A stretch of DNA of 64,000 nt, taken from positions 25,482,001 through 25,546,000 of the forward strand of contig CM069147.1 of the NCBI GenBank assembly GCA_035221665.1, read 5' to 3'. Below, piece by piece: positions 52,476-64,000 of the stretch. The translations under genes were made by a program, and so were the position numbers. The notes under the pieces were generated by a model that saw only the letters and a program-made list of their open reading frames with translations, was not told the origin of the DNA and did no database searches. Position 1 is the stretch's first letter. Every line of letters starts with the position of its first letter. The stretch comes from Okamejei kenojei. Its lineage: Eukaryota.

Positions 52476-53810
52476 CCCACTAGGGGAACTTTACAAATAT
52501 CCATTTACCAACAAGCACAAGCGACTTGTAGATGTTGGGAGAAACCGGAGCACGCGGTAGGAACCTGCGTTATCACATGGAGAATGTGCAAACCCCACCT
52601 AGGCACTAAATGAGGGCAGAATCAATCCCAGGTCCCCGGCCCTGTGTGATAGCAGCTCTACTAGCTAAACGAATGGGCTGACCTGCAATTGTCTTCCTTG
52701 CAATTATCTACCTTCTTCAGAGAAACAATGACTTGGGCCAAATGACAGGGTCCAAATCTATGCTTGCCTTCGATAGGACACATGAGCAAGTGTTTATTGC
52801 ATTCCTACTGACATCCTCTGTGCTTGCATGCCGTTACATCAGCAGCTGCATGGGTGCGTGTAGTTGCATCCGTAGACAAGTGCAGAGTTTCGTCAGATTT
52901 TGGCTTCGTTCCATCATGCTCTCATCTCCACGTGGAATATCTATGATTCTTCATTATGCTTTTAGTTTGCTCTGTGCCTATCTCAGATCATAACGCAGGG
53001 AGCAAAATCCACGCAGAATATGAAACCCACAAAGCTATGTAATCATGGAGATATAGAGTCACACAGTAGGGAAAGAGGCCTTTAGGCCCAATCCGTCCTT
53101 GCCACCGATATGCCCTGTATAAACTGGCCCCATTTCCCCGCAGTTGGCCAATATACCACAGAACCATTTGATCCATGTGTCTGGCTAAGTGACTGAAAAA
53201 TGCTGTTATGGTACTTGCCTCAATTACCTCATCTGACAGCTCGTTACATATACCTAACACCCTCTGTGAAGCAGTTCATATTCGGGTTCTTATTAAACAT
53301 TTCCCCTCTCACCATAAAACCAGATCATTTGGTTATTTCTTGCTCAATACAGTGGAAATTATATTTACTGAGGAATGCATATCGATACATTGGTTGGTGA
53401 CTCATCGAAATAACAGCGATTTTGTCTCAAAGGAATGAAATGATGAACGACTCCAATCGTTCTGCAGTACTCATTAAACCGGAGAGCTTTTTAAAAATGA
53501 AAAATTCCAAGGCGATTTTGCTTTTGCTGCAATCTATTTTGTATATTGTATGAGGAATGGATGAGCGTTTATCATTACCAAAGGATGACATTTAATTATT
53601 TTCAGATTCTGAGCCAGCTGACCATGCATGCGGCCGCGACTCAGCGCGCGTGCTGTCGGATGGGAACTGATTGAAAAATACATGTTTCACAAAACAGGGG
53701 AGGGGGGGGATTGTCCCCCACCTCTGAAAAGATGGAGGGACATGTCCCCCTGCGTCGTCGCCCCCCCCCCCCCCCTCCCCCGCCGGGATTTCCGCGCAAG
53801 CAACCTGTTC

Positions 53811-56363
53811 AAACAGGAAATTAGAAATTAGAAATGCGTGCGACAAAGGCAAAACAGTTATAATGGGTGACTTCAATCTACATATAGATTGGGTTAATCA
53901 AATTGGCAGGGGTGCTGAGGAAGAGGATTTTTAGGAATGTATGCGGGATAGTTATCTAAATCAACATGTAGAGGAACCAACGAGAGAGCAGGCTATTTTA
54001 GACTGGGTTTTGAGTAATGAGGAAGGGGTAATTAGCCGTCTTGTTGTACGTGCCCCCTTGGGCAAGAGTGACCATAATATGGTTGAGTTCTTCATTAGGA
54101 TGGAGAGTGACATTGTTAATTCAGAAACAATGGTTCTGAACTTAAAGAAAGGTAACTTTGAGGGTATGAGACGTGAATTGGCCAAGATTGACTGGCAATT
54201 AATTCTAAAAGGGTTGACGGTGGATATACAATGGAAGACATTTAAAGACTGCATGGATGAACTACAAAAATTGTTCATCCCAGTTTGGCAAAAGAATAAA
54301 TCGGGGAAGGTAGTGTATCCGTGGATAACAAGGGAAATCAGGGATAGTATCAAAGCAAAGGATGATGCGTACAAAGTAGCCAGAAAAAGCAGCATACCAG
54401 AGGACTGGGAGAAATTCAGAGACCAGCAGAGGAGGACAAAGGGCTTAATTAGGAAAGGAAAAAATAGATTATGAAAGAAAACTGGCAGGGAACATAAAAA
54501 CTGACTGCAAAAGTTTTTATAGATATGTGAAGAGAAAGAGGTTAGTTAAAACAAATGTAGGTCCCTTGCAGTCAGAAACAGGTGAGTTGATCATGGGGAA
54601 CAAGGATATGGCGGACCAATTGAATAACTACTTTGGTTCCGTCTTCACTAAGGAAGACATAAATAATCTGCCTGAAATAGCAGGGGACTGTGGGTCAAAG
54701 GAGGAATTGAGTGAAATCCAGGTCAGTCGGGAAGTGGTGTTGGGTAAATTGAATAGATTAAAGGCCGATAAATCCCCAGGGCCAGATAGGCTGCATCCCA
54801 GAGTACTTAAGGAAGTAGCTCAGGAAATAGTGGATGCATTAGTGATAATCTTTCAAAACTCTTTAGATTCTGGAGTAGTTCCTGAGGATTGGCGGGTAGC
54901 AAATGTAACCCCTCTTTTTAAGAAGGGAGGGAGAGAGAAAACGGGGAATTACAGACCAGTTAGTCTAACATCGGTAGTGGGGAAACTGCTAGAGTCAGTT
55001 ATTAAAGATGGGATAGCAGCACATTTGGAAAGTGGTGAAATCATTGGACAAAGTCAGCATGGATTTACAAAAGGTAAATCATGTCTGACGAATCTTGTGG
55101 AATTTTTCGAGGATGTAACTAGTAGCGTGGATAAGGGAGAACCAGTGGATGTGGTATATCTGGACTTCCAGAAGGCTTTCGACAAGGTCCCACATAAGAG
55201 ATTAGTATACAAACTTAAAGCATACGGTATTAGGGGTTCAGTATTGATGTGGATAGAGAACTGGCTGGTAAACAGGAAGCAAAGAGTAGGAGTAAACGGG
55301 TCCTTTTCACAATGGCAGGCAGTAACTAGTGGGGTACCGCAGGGCTCAGTGCTGGGACCCCAGCTATTTACAATATATATTAATGATCTGGATGAGGGAA
55401 TTGAAGGCAATATCTCCAGGTTTGCGGATGACACTAAGCTGGGGGGCAGTGTTCGCTGTGAGGAGGATGCTAGGAGACTGCAAGGTGACTTGGATAGGCT
55501 GGGTGAGTGGGCAAATGTTTGGCAGATGCAGTATAATGTGGATAAATGTGAGGTTATCCACTTTGGTGGCAAAAACAGGAAAGCAGACTATTATTTAAAT
55601 GGTGGCCGATTAGGAAAAGGGGAGATGCAGCGAGACCTGGGTGTCATGGTACACCAGTCATTGAAAGTAGGCATGCAGGTGCAGCAGGCAGTGAAAAAAA
55701 GCGAATGGTATGTTAGCTTTCATAGCACAAGGATTTGAGTACAGGAGCAGGGAGGTTCTACTTCAGTTGTACAGGGTCTTGGTGAGACCACACCTGGAGT
55801 ATTGCGTACAGTTTTGGTCTCCAAATCTGAGGAAGGACATTATTGCCATAGAGGGAGTGCAGAGAAGGTTCACCAGACTGATTCCTGGGATGTCAGGACT
55901 GTCTTATGAAGAAAGACTGGATAGACTCGGTTTATACTCTCTGGAATTTAGGAGATTGAGAGGGGATCTTATAGAAACTTACAAAATTCTTAAGGGGTTG
56001 GACAGGCTAGATGCAGGAAGATTGTTCCCGATGTTGGGGAAGTCCAGGACAAGGGGTCACAGCTTAAGGATAAGGGGGAAATCCTTTAAGACCGAGATGA
56101 GAAAGACTTTTTTCACACAGAGAGTGGTGAGTCTCTGGAACTCTCTGCCACAGAGGGTAGTTGAGGCCAGTTCATTGGCTATATTTAAGAGTGAGTTGGA
56201 TGTGGCCCTTGTGGCTAAGGGGATCAGAGGGTATGGAGAGAAGGCAGGTACGGGATACTGAGTTGGATGATCAGCCATGATCATATTGAATGGCGGTGCT
56301 GGCTCGAAGGGCTGAATGGCCTATTCTTGCACCTAATTTCTATGTTTCTATGTTTCTATGTTT
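53811..56363 (+). mobile_element. Young CR1 LINE, 5'-truncated within the endonuclease domain
   Basis: GDFN, SDHN, KSPGPD, NYRPVSLTS, LDFQKAFDKVPH, GVPQGSVLGP, FADD and a (CTATGTTT)n tail. Confidence 0.97.
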
Positions 56364-58249
56364 CAACCTCTCCCTCTAGCCTACACCCTCTAGTCCTAGC
56401 AACATCCTTGTAAATCAGTGATGTATTCCTCTACGTTTCAGTGTTTTGAAATGATTACATTCTTCGTGAATCCAATCATATTCACCTAAATCGATCAGTT
56501 TATAGCATTTATACCATAAACAGAACAATTAATTTTCCCAACATGCAGAGACTAAGATATTTGTTCCATGTTAAGCAGCGATTTATTTGAACTTCCTCTG
56601 CTTTGATACTCTGGTTTGTACTTTCTCTGATGTTCATAAATCGGTCTCCTCTGCATTGGAGAACCGAAACTATGTTGTCTGATGACTTTTCAGAGAGACC
56701 CTGAGCATCCGGTTGCGTCCCTCTCCCACTGACTATTCTGTTTACCCATCCAAATCCAAATGAAACTGTTATAAGAACGCTCCATCATCTAAGCATATTG
56801 CAGACCTCTTAAGTAATTGAGCCTTTATTTCCGTGTGTATTATCAATGCCCATTTCTGCCTCTCATCGGTGGGTCTCTTTTCATTCTCTTTTGGTATACC
56901 ATAGCCTGCTGGATACGTCTCAGAGCTTCATTATTAGCAACATGTTTCATAGACAAAGACGAACAAATGATGCTAACCGCAAGCTTATAGACGGGTTTAC
57001 TCTATCAGTTGTTTCCCTTTGTTCTTTGTATTAGTCCTCCAGCTTATCCCCTATCGATAGAAACACTCTTTCCCAGTGCAATGAAAGGTGTGGGACGTAA
57101 CGCGTTATCTTGCTCCGTTTCCGCCTAATCGAATGCTGCTTTATTAAAAAAAAGACACAAAGTGCAACGTGCACATCTTCTAACCTCGTCAACTGCATCC
57201 GATGTTCCTCCTGTACGTCGGCGGGACCAGGCATAGGATCGAGGACCGTTTAGCAAATATCGCGGCACCCTTCTGAACAGCAAATGTCAGATGTTACATC
57301 AAAAAGGTGCCGTTTTAGGAACAACGACGAAGCAACCGAAGCGCTTGTGTTTAAGGTTAAAATGATGGGGCATATTTGGGAATAGGGAATTTGTAGACGA
57401 ACATGTGGCAGTCACTGGGTGATAATTACAACACATAGGAACATTTAATATGTAATGGATGGGAGAGAAGGGGAGGGACGTTTCTTTCAGGACAATTATT
57501 TAATTGGTTGGTTTGTTTGCGGTTAATATGAGGACGTTGCTCCAAATTCACCGAAACACAGATTAAAACACAGTTACTATCTTGAGCAATACTTTCCGAG
57601 GCCGATTAATGCGATCTAATATCTGCACTGGGTGGGAGGTATAAAGCTGGAAGAGTGGAGGGGCAGTAGAAAACTTTGGATGTAATAGACCGACACAGTT
57701 GGGAAGCATTTCTCTGGACAATATTAGTTCCAACTGTCGGTGCGGCATCAACCGTCGCCCTGTTACGGTCACTTCTCCAGTCTCCAACATTCCGCCACAT
57801 CATGGACCCACCCTGCTGGCCTTCTACCCTAGCTGGATCTTTTTTTAAAATATTCAACGCGGTATCAAACTGCCGGAGCGGTATCTAACGTCTCCTCATC
57901 TACCCCCAGTAAACACAAATGGCTACACCTGATATGCCTATGTGTGTTTTTTTTTAACCAATTAATTTGTTCTTACTTCAAGAAAACTAAATAATATAGG
58001 GCGCTCAATCTGGGATTTGAAAAATAGAGCAAATCCGTAAAAGTTGCGAATTGGTTAAAGATAAACTGACCATTTTTTCTAAAAAACATTCAACAGAGGT
58101 AACAATTCACACTATTGGAAAAAAATGGGCAACGATTGGAAGCGCTAAAAAAAGTTTTCATTCTTCTCAGATGCTTGCTGTCAAGTTGCTCATTAAGGCT
58201 TTTATTTTTAAAGGATGTGTACAGAATCAGATTTCACGGCTGATGACGA

Positions 58250-58745
58250 CTGCATTTTGTGCTACCTCCTGCACCCATGCAGAACTCACTGACTTCATCC
58301 ATTTCACCACCAGCTTCCATCCGGAACCCAAATTCACCTAGACAATTTCCGACGTCTCCCTACCGTTTCTAGACTCACTATCTCCATCGCAGGCAACAGA
58401 CTACTTACCGGCATCTACTACAAACCCACTGACTCCCATGGCTAACTGGACTGCACTTCTTCCCACCCTGTTTTCTGAAAGGACTCTATCCTGTACTCCC
58501 AATTTCTCTGTCAACGCCACATCTGCACCCAGGATGAGGTGTTTCAAACCAGATCATCAGAGATGTCCTCATTCTTTAGGAAATGCGGGTTCCCGTCTTC
58601 AACTATAGATGAGGCTCTCACCAGGGTCTCCTCCATATCCCAAAGATCTGCTCTCACTCCCCATCCCCCCACTCATAACAAGGACAGAGTCCCACGTCCT
58701 CACCTTCCACCCTACCAGCCGTCACATACAACAGATAATCCTCCT
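58250..58745 (+). mobile_element. Penelope-like RT fragment
   Basis: ATSCTHAELTDFIHFTTSFHP, YYKPTDSH and FFRKCGFPSSTID. Confidence 0.75.
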
Positions 58746-58769
58746 GCTGGTAATCAGAAAGTTATTGAG

Positions 58770-61700
58770 TGTAGGATTCGATTGGCACCATAAATAAACG
58801 AATTGATAATGTGAGAGATGAATTATCGGAGAGAATTGATAAGGGGGCAGAAGACACCACGAAGAAGTTTGATGCTGTGCTGGAAACTGTCTCTACATAT
58901 GTGACAACAATGCGAGACATGGAGGAAGAGATGGCCTGAATGGCTGAAGAGATGAACAATATGAGGTCAGAATAAGACCTCACTACAAGACAGATGGTGA
59001 CTCAGCTGGCAAAAGTTTTGCGTAAATGCCTGGAATGGCAGCTCGTTCGAGACGTCAAAATCTAAGATTAGTTGGAGTACCAGAGGGAGCCGAGAGAGAT
59101 ATCCCTCGGGAGTTCGCTGCGGGCTTAATTAAAGAAGCTCTTAAGCTCCCTAACCTACCGAAAATTGAAGTGGCACACTGAGTTCTGAGATTTAAACAAA
59201 AATCTCAAACAGGTTCAGAATATACACGATAGATTATTGTGAAATTTTGGGACATTTCTGACGTGGAAGAGGTTATGAGTAACATTAAATATGGAGTGCC
59301 ACTGAAGTATGGTGAAACAACTTTCAAAATATTCAGGGACTATCCCTATGAAATTGTGCAAAAGCGAAATCAGTTCTCTAAGGCAAAGCAGGCTCTCCAA
59401 GGAATTAAAGAGGTCAGATATGCTGTCTACTACCCAGCTAAAATGAGCATTTCTTACAAGGAACAGCAAAAATCGTTCACAAATCCGGAGAATGCATACA
59501 AATATGCTCCAACCATCGTGGAAGAGAAGAAGTAGCTGGAAGGGTTGGATGGTATGGATATTCTTTCTTTTTACTATTTCACCATGAATGGTAGTGTGCT
59601 GCCAGAAGAAGGAACTCTCCCTGTGCTTTGTCTAGACTTCTTATTGGTGGAATGCTAACTCAAGGACATACTCTGTTCCAAGTGATGCGGAAAAAGATAA
59701 ACACCAAAACAACAACAGAATGCGGACAGAGCAATTATTGTTGTTTAAGAGATTAAATGAATAACCTAAATGGTATAGAACTAACATTTTTAACAATAAT
59801 AACATAGAATATTAACATAGAAATAGTAATGAATGTTAATTAGAAAGGTAGAAAGGGTGATTTACAAACTAACATTTATAACTTAATAAGTTTCAAGTAG
59901 ATTTATAATTGGGGCGTGAGGGGTAGAGGAGGGATCCTGGTTCAGAACCATGAGCCTGTATCAGGTTAACCCCTTCAACCAACAGTTGATTATTTCCGAG
60001 GTAAAATTTTACGCTCAATATTTAGTAGATAAAACTGTTAGTTATATTTGGGAATATATATGAAATGGATATGTACAGTGGCTTGCAAAAGTTTTCATAC
60101 CCTTTGAACTTTTCCACATTTTGTCACGTTACAACCACAAACGTAAATGTATTTTATTGGGATTTTATGTGTTAGACCAACACAAAGTGGTGCATAATTG
60201 TGAAGTGGAAGGAAAATGATACATGGTTTCCAAATTTTATTACAAATAAAAAACTGAAAAGTGTGGCGTACAAAAGTATTCAGCCCCCCTGAGTCAATAC
60301 TTTGTAGAACCACCTTTCGCTGCAATTACAGCTGCAAGTCTTTTGGGGTATGTCTCTCCTAGCTTTGCACATCTAGAGACTGAAATTTTTGCCCATTCGT
60401 CTTTGCAAAATAGCTCAAGCTCAGTCTGATTGGATAGAGAGCGTCTGTGAACAGCAATTTTCAAGTCTTGCCAGAGATTCTCAATTGGATTTAGGTCTGG
60501 ACTTTGACTGGGCCATTCTAACACATGAATATGCTTTGATCTAAACCATTCCATTGTAGCTCTGGCTGAATGTTTAGGGTCGTTGTCCTGCTGGAAGGTG
60601 AACCTCCACCCCAGTCTCAAGTCCTTTGCAGACTCTAACAGGTTTTCTTCCAAGATTGCCCTGTATTTGGCTCCATCCATCTTCCTATCAACTCTGACCA
60701 GCTTCCTTGACCCTGCAGAAGAAAAGCATCCCCACAGCATGATGCTGCCACCACCATGTTTCACAGTGGGGATGGTGTGTTCAGGGTGATGTGCAGTGTT
60801 AGTTTTCTGCCACACATAGCGTTTTGCATTTAGGCCAGAAACTTCAATTTGGTCTCATCAGACCAGAGAACCTTCCTACACATGTTTGCTGTGTCCCCCA
60901 CATGGCTTTTGGCAAACTGCAAACGGGACTTCTTATGGCTTTGTTTCAACAATGGTTTTCTTCTTGCCACTCTTCCATAAAGGCCCGATTTGTGGAGTGC
61001 ACGACTAATAGTTGTCCTGTGGACAGATTCTCCCACCTGAGCTGTGGATCTCTGCAGCTCCTCCAGAGTTACCATGGGCCTCTTGGCTGCTTCTCTGATT
61101 AATGCTCTCCTTGCCCGGTCTGTCAGTTTAGGTTGACGGCCATGACATGGTAGGTTTGCAGTTGTGCCATGCTCTTTCCATTTTCAGATGATGGATTGAA
61201 CAGTGATCCGTGAGATGTTCAAAGCTTGGGATATTTTTTTATAACCTAACCCTGCTTTAAACTTCTCCACAACTTTATCCCTGACCTGTCTGGTGTGTTC
61301 CTTGGGCTTCGTGATGCTGTTTGTTCACTAATGTTCTCTAACAAACCTCTGAGGCCTTCACAGAACAGCTGTATTTATACTGAAATTAGATTAGACACAA
61401 GTGGACTCTATTTACTAATTAGGTGCTTTCTGAAGGCAATTGGTTGCACTGGATTTTATTTAGGGGTATCAGAGTAAAGGGGGCTGAATACTTTTGCACC
61501 CCACACTTTTCATTTTTTTATTTGTAAAAGAATTTGAAAACCATGTATCATTTTCCTTCCACTTCACAATTATGTGTCACTTTGTGTTTGTCTATCACAT
61601 AAAATCCCAATAAAATACATTTACGTTTGTGGTTGAAATGTGACAAAATGTGGAAAAGTTCAAGGGGTATGAAAACTTTTGCAAGCCACTGTATATTGTA

Positions 61701-64000
61701 AATGGGTACTATACATTTGATTTTGAACCAGTCCCATTCCAGTATATAATTGAGGGAGCGGTGTTACAGTGCCGACAAGCTCAGACACTGTATTTTCACC
61801 TTTACTAGTTTTTTTTATTATCGCAATCAGTCACATGTGTGTGTTTTTTATTTAAGGACAATCGCAAAAGGAATCTACTAATTGAATTTTGTTGGGTAAA
61901 TCCTCCCCCAATATCTAAACGGTATGGATGCACCGCAAGATACACAGGTATTAAATCTATTCAAAATGCAAGACGATAAACTAAATAAACTGGGAGGAAT
62001 CTCATTCTGCAGTTGGAACATTAGGGGTGTTAATTAACGCATTAAAAGGGGAACGATTTTAGCTCAGCTGAAAGCATACAACACAGATATTGTCTTCCTA
62101 CAAAATAAGCATCTTAAACTTCAAGATCAAGCTAGATTGAGGGTGAGCTGGATAGGGCAAACTTTTCACTCATCATATACGTCAAAATCTAGAGGCACGT
62201 CTATTATTATTCGCAAAGGCATACCATTTAAACCAAAAACTACCTTAACAGATAAGGACAGGAGATATTTGGTAGTTACCGACCGGTGAGATCCATGCTA
62301 CCCCAATTACCTTGGTAAATATATATGCACCCAACTTTGACAATCCGCATTTTTTCAATAAAATCTTGAATATAATCGCAGAATATAATTACCAGAATGT
62401 TATAATTGTGGAGACTTTAATTGTGTTTTAGACCCTTACTTAGATAAATCTAGTCAAAAACAGAGAGGTAATACGAAATATAAAACTAGCGAACTTTTAA
62501 ACACATATATAAAAAATACAAATATAACAGATGTCTGGAGGATTGCAAATCTGACGGGCAGGGAATACTCGTTCTATTCAATGGCACACAAGACATATTC
62601 ACATATAGATTATTTTCTGGTGGATGCAAAATTAATTTGGTACACTTCTAAACCAAAATACCATACAAATACGATTTCAGATCACTCCCCACCATCTTTA
62701 TTTTTTAAAATGGAAGGAATGTCTAAGAATAAACCGTTTTGGAGGTACAACCCTCAAATTTTAAAAGACCCGCAGGGGAGTATATATTTAAAACGGCAAA
62801 TGGATCTTTTTTTCGAAATAAATGACACGCCAGACATATCACCCACATTATTATGGAAATCTTTTAAAGCATTTATTAGAGGTGTTATAATTTCATACCA
62901 AGCTTTTCAAAATAAAAAAAATAAGAACGAACAAAGACAGTTAGAAGAACAAATTAGACAATTGGACATAGACAATGCTAAAGACCCAACTACGGATAAA
63001 CATAATAAAATATCAATACTGAAATCTAAATTAAATAAATTATTATCAGCGATAGTTATAAGATTATTTGAAATTACTAGACAGGAACATTTTTGAATTT
63101 GGGAATAAGCCCCATAAATTTTGGCACGTCACTTAAAAAAACGAGAAAAAGAACACACGATTTCAAAGATCAAATCTGACAGAGGGGAAGTATTAACTTT
63201 ACCGAATGATATTAATAAAAGATTTGTGCAATTTTATGAGAATTTGTATACATCTAAAATGACAACATATACTAATAAAGTTACAGAGTTCTTGGATAAC
63301 TGTAATCTTCCCAAACTAGAGCTGCAGGAACAAGAGGAATTGTGAGCACAAATCTCAAATAAGGAAATATAAGAAACAATAATCTCATTAAAAAATGGAA
63401 AAACACAAGGTCCTGACGAATTTAGTAATGAATTCTATAAAAGTTTTTAAGACATATTCACGCCACGCCTACAGAAAATGTATACATATGCCTTTAAAGT
63501 ACAAATACTACCTGAAACACTAGCAGATCAACGATCATATTAATACTTAAGAAAGATAAAGATGTGGAAGAACCCGGATCATATAGAGCTATTGCTTTGT
63601 TAAACACAGATCAAAAAATATTAGCGGAAATATTAGCTAGAAGATTAAGTAAGTATACTGGTCAATTAATACATCCAGATCAAACGGGGTTTATCCCTAA
63701 GAAACAATCATTTAATAATTTGTGACGTCTGCTCAACACAATGCATTCACACCAAATTGAAGATCAAAAACTAACAATTATGTTGTTGGATGCAGAGAAA
63801 GCATTCGATCAGGTTGAATGGGATTATATGGTTAAGGTATTGCAAAAATTTCAACTGGGAGAAAATTTCATTCTATGGATTAAATTATTATATAATAAGC
63901 CAATGGCCAGAATATTAACCAATAATATTTTATCTATGAAATTTCAATTGTCAAGTGGTAATAGACAAGGATGTTCATTATCACCGCTGTTATTTCCTCT
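58770..64000 (+). mobile_element. L1-clade LINE, decayed: ORF1 ~58800-59535; ORF2 from 61966 to the window end
   Basis: ORF1: RSRRQNLRLVGVPEG, IEVAH, IFRDYP, YPAKM. ORF2: SWNIRG, NIYAPN, SHIDYFL, SDHSP, SYRAIALLNTDQKIL, LDAEKAFDQVEW, RQGCSLSPLLF. Many stops. Confidence 0.92.
60076..61691 (-). mobile_element. Full-length Tc1 (DD34E) DNA transposon, Passport-like, disabled transposase (~61312-60294)
   Basis: TA|CAGTGGCTTGCAAAAG...CTTTTGCAAGCCACTG|TA with ~210-bp inverted repeats. WSDETK, QDNDPKH and NPIENLW give 34 residues between the second D and E. The start codon reads ACG, with one TGA and a frameshift near 60830. Confidence 0.97.

Noticed and set aside
53961-55572. Minus-strand ORFs of 144 and 172 aa
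   Set aside because: Antisense shadows of CR1 ORF2.

Overview
Eukaryotic, repeat-rich genomic DNA. The repeat content (V-SINE/HE1-like SINEs, CR1, Penelope, L1, Tc1) suggests a cartilaginous fish such as a skate or ray; this is an inference. The core of the window is a small cluster of immunoglobulin-superfamily receptor genes that the ORF track largely misses because they are spliced. Gene A (+, 38058-45726, 7 exons, 353 aa by my reconstruction) encodes leader, germline-joined VJ-type V domain, C1 domain, uncharged TM and a tail with four ITIM-like tyrosine motifs in a SIRP-alpha-like layout. Gene B (-, 2305-5926) is a divergently oriented paralog with a C1 exon and the same two ITIM exons, but I found no convincing V or TM exon, and one ITIM tyrosine is replaced by Phe. 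Weak traces of a third V+C1 copy lie at about 20.6-21.8 kb. The ~10 kb tandem duplication (16.8-27.0 kb vs 27.6-37.9 kb) around the N gaps looks like an assembly artefact. Mobile elements include two long CR1 LINEs, a Passport-like DD34E Tc1 nested in an L1, a Gypsy remnant, Penelope fragments carrying minimal hammerhead-ribozyme motifs, and a TIR element ending about 130 bp upstream of gene A.
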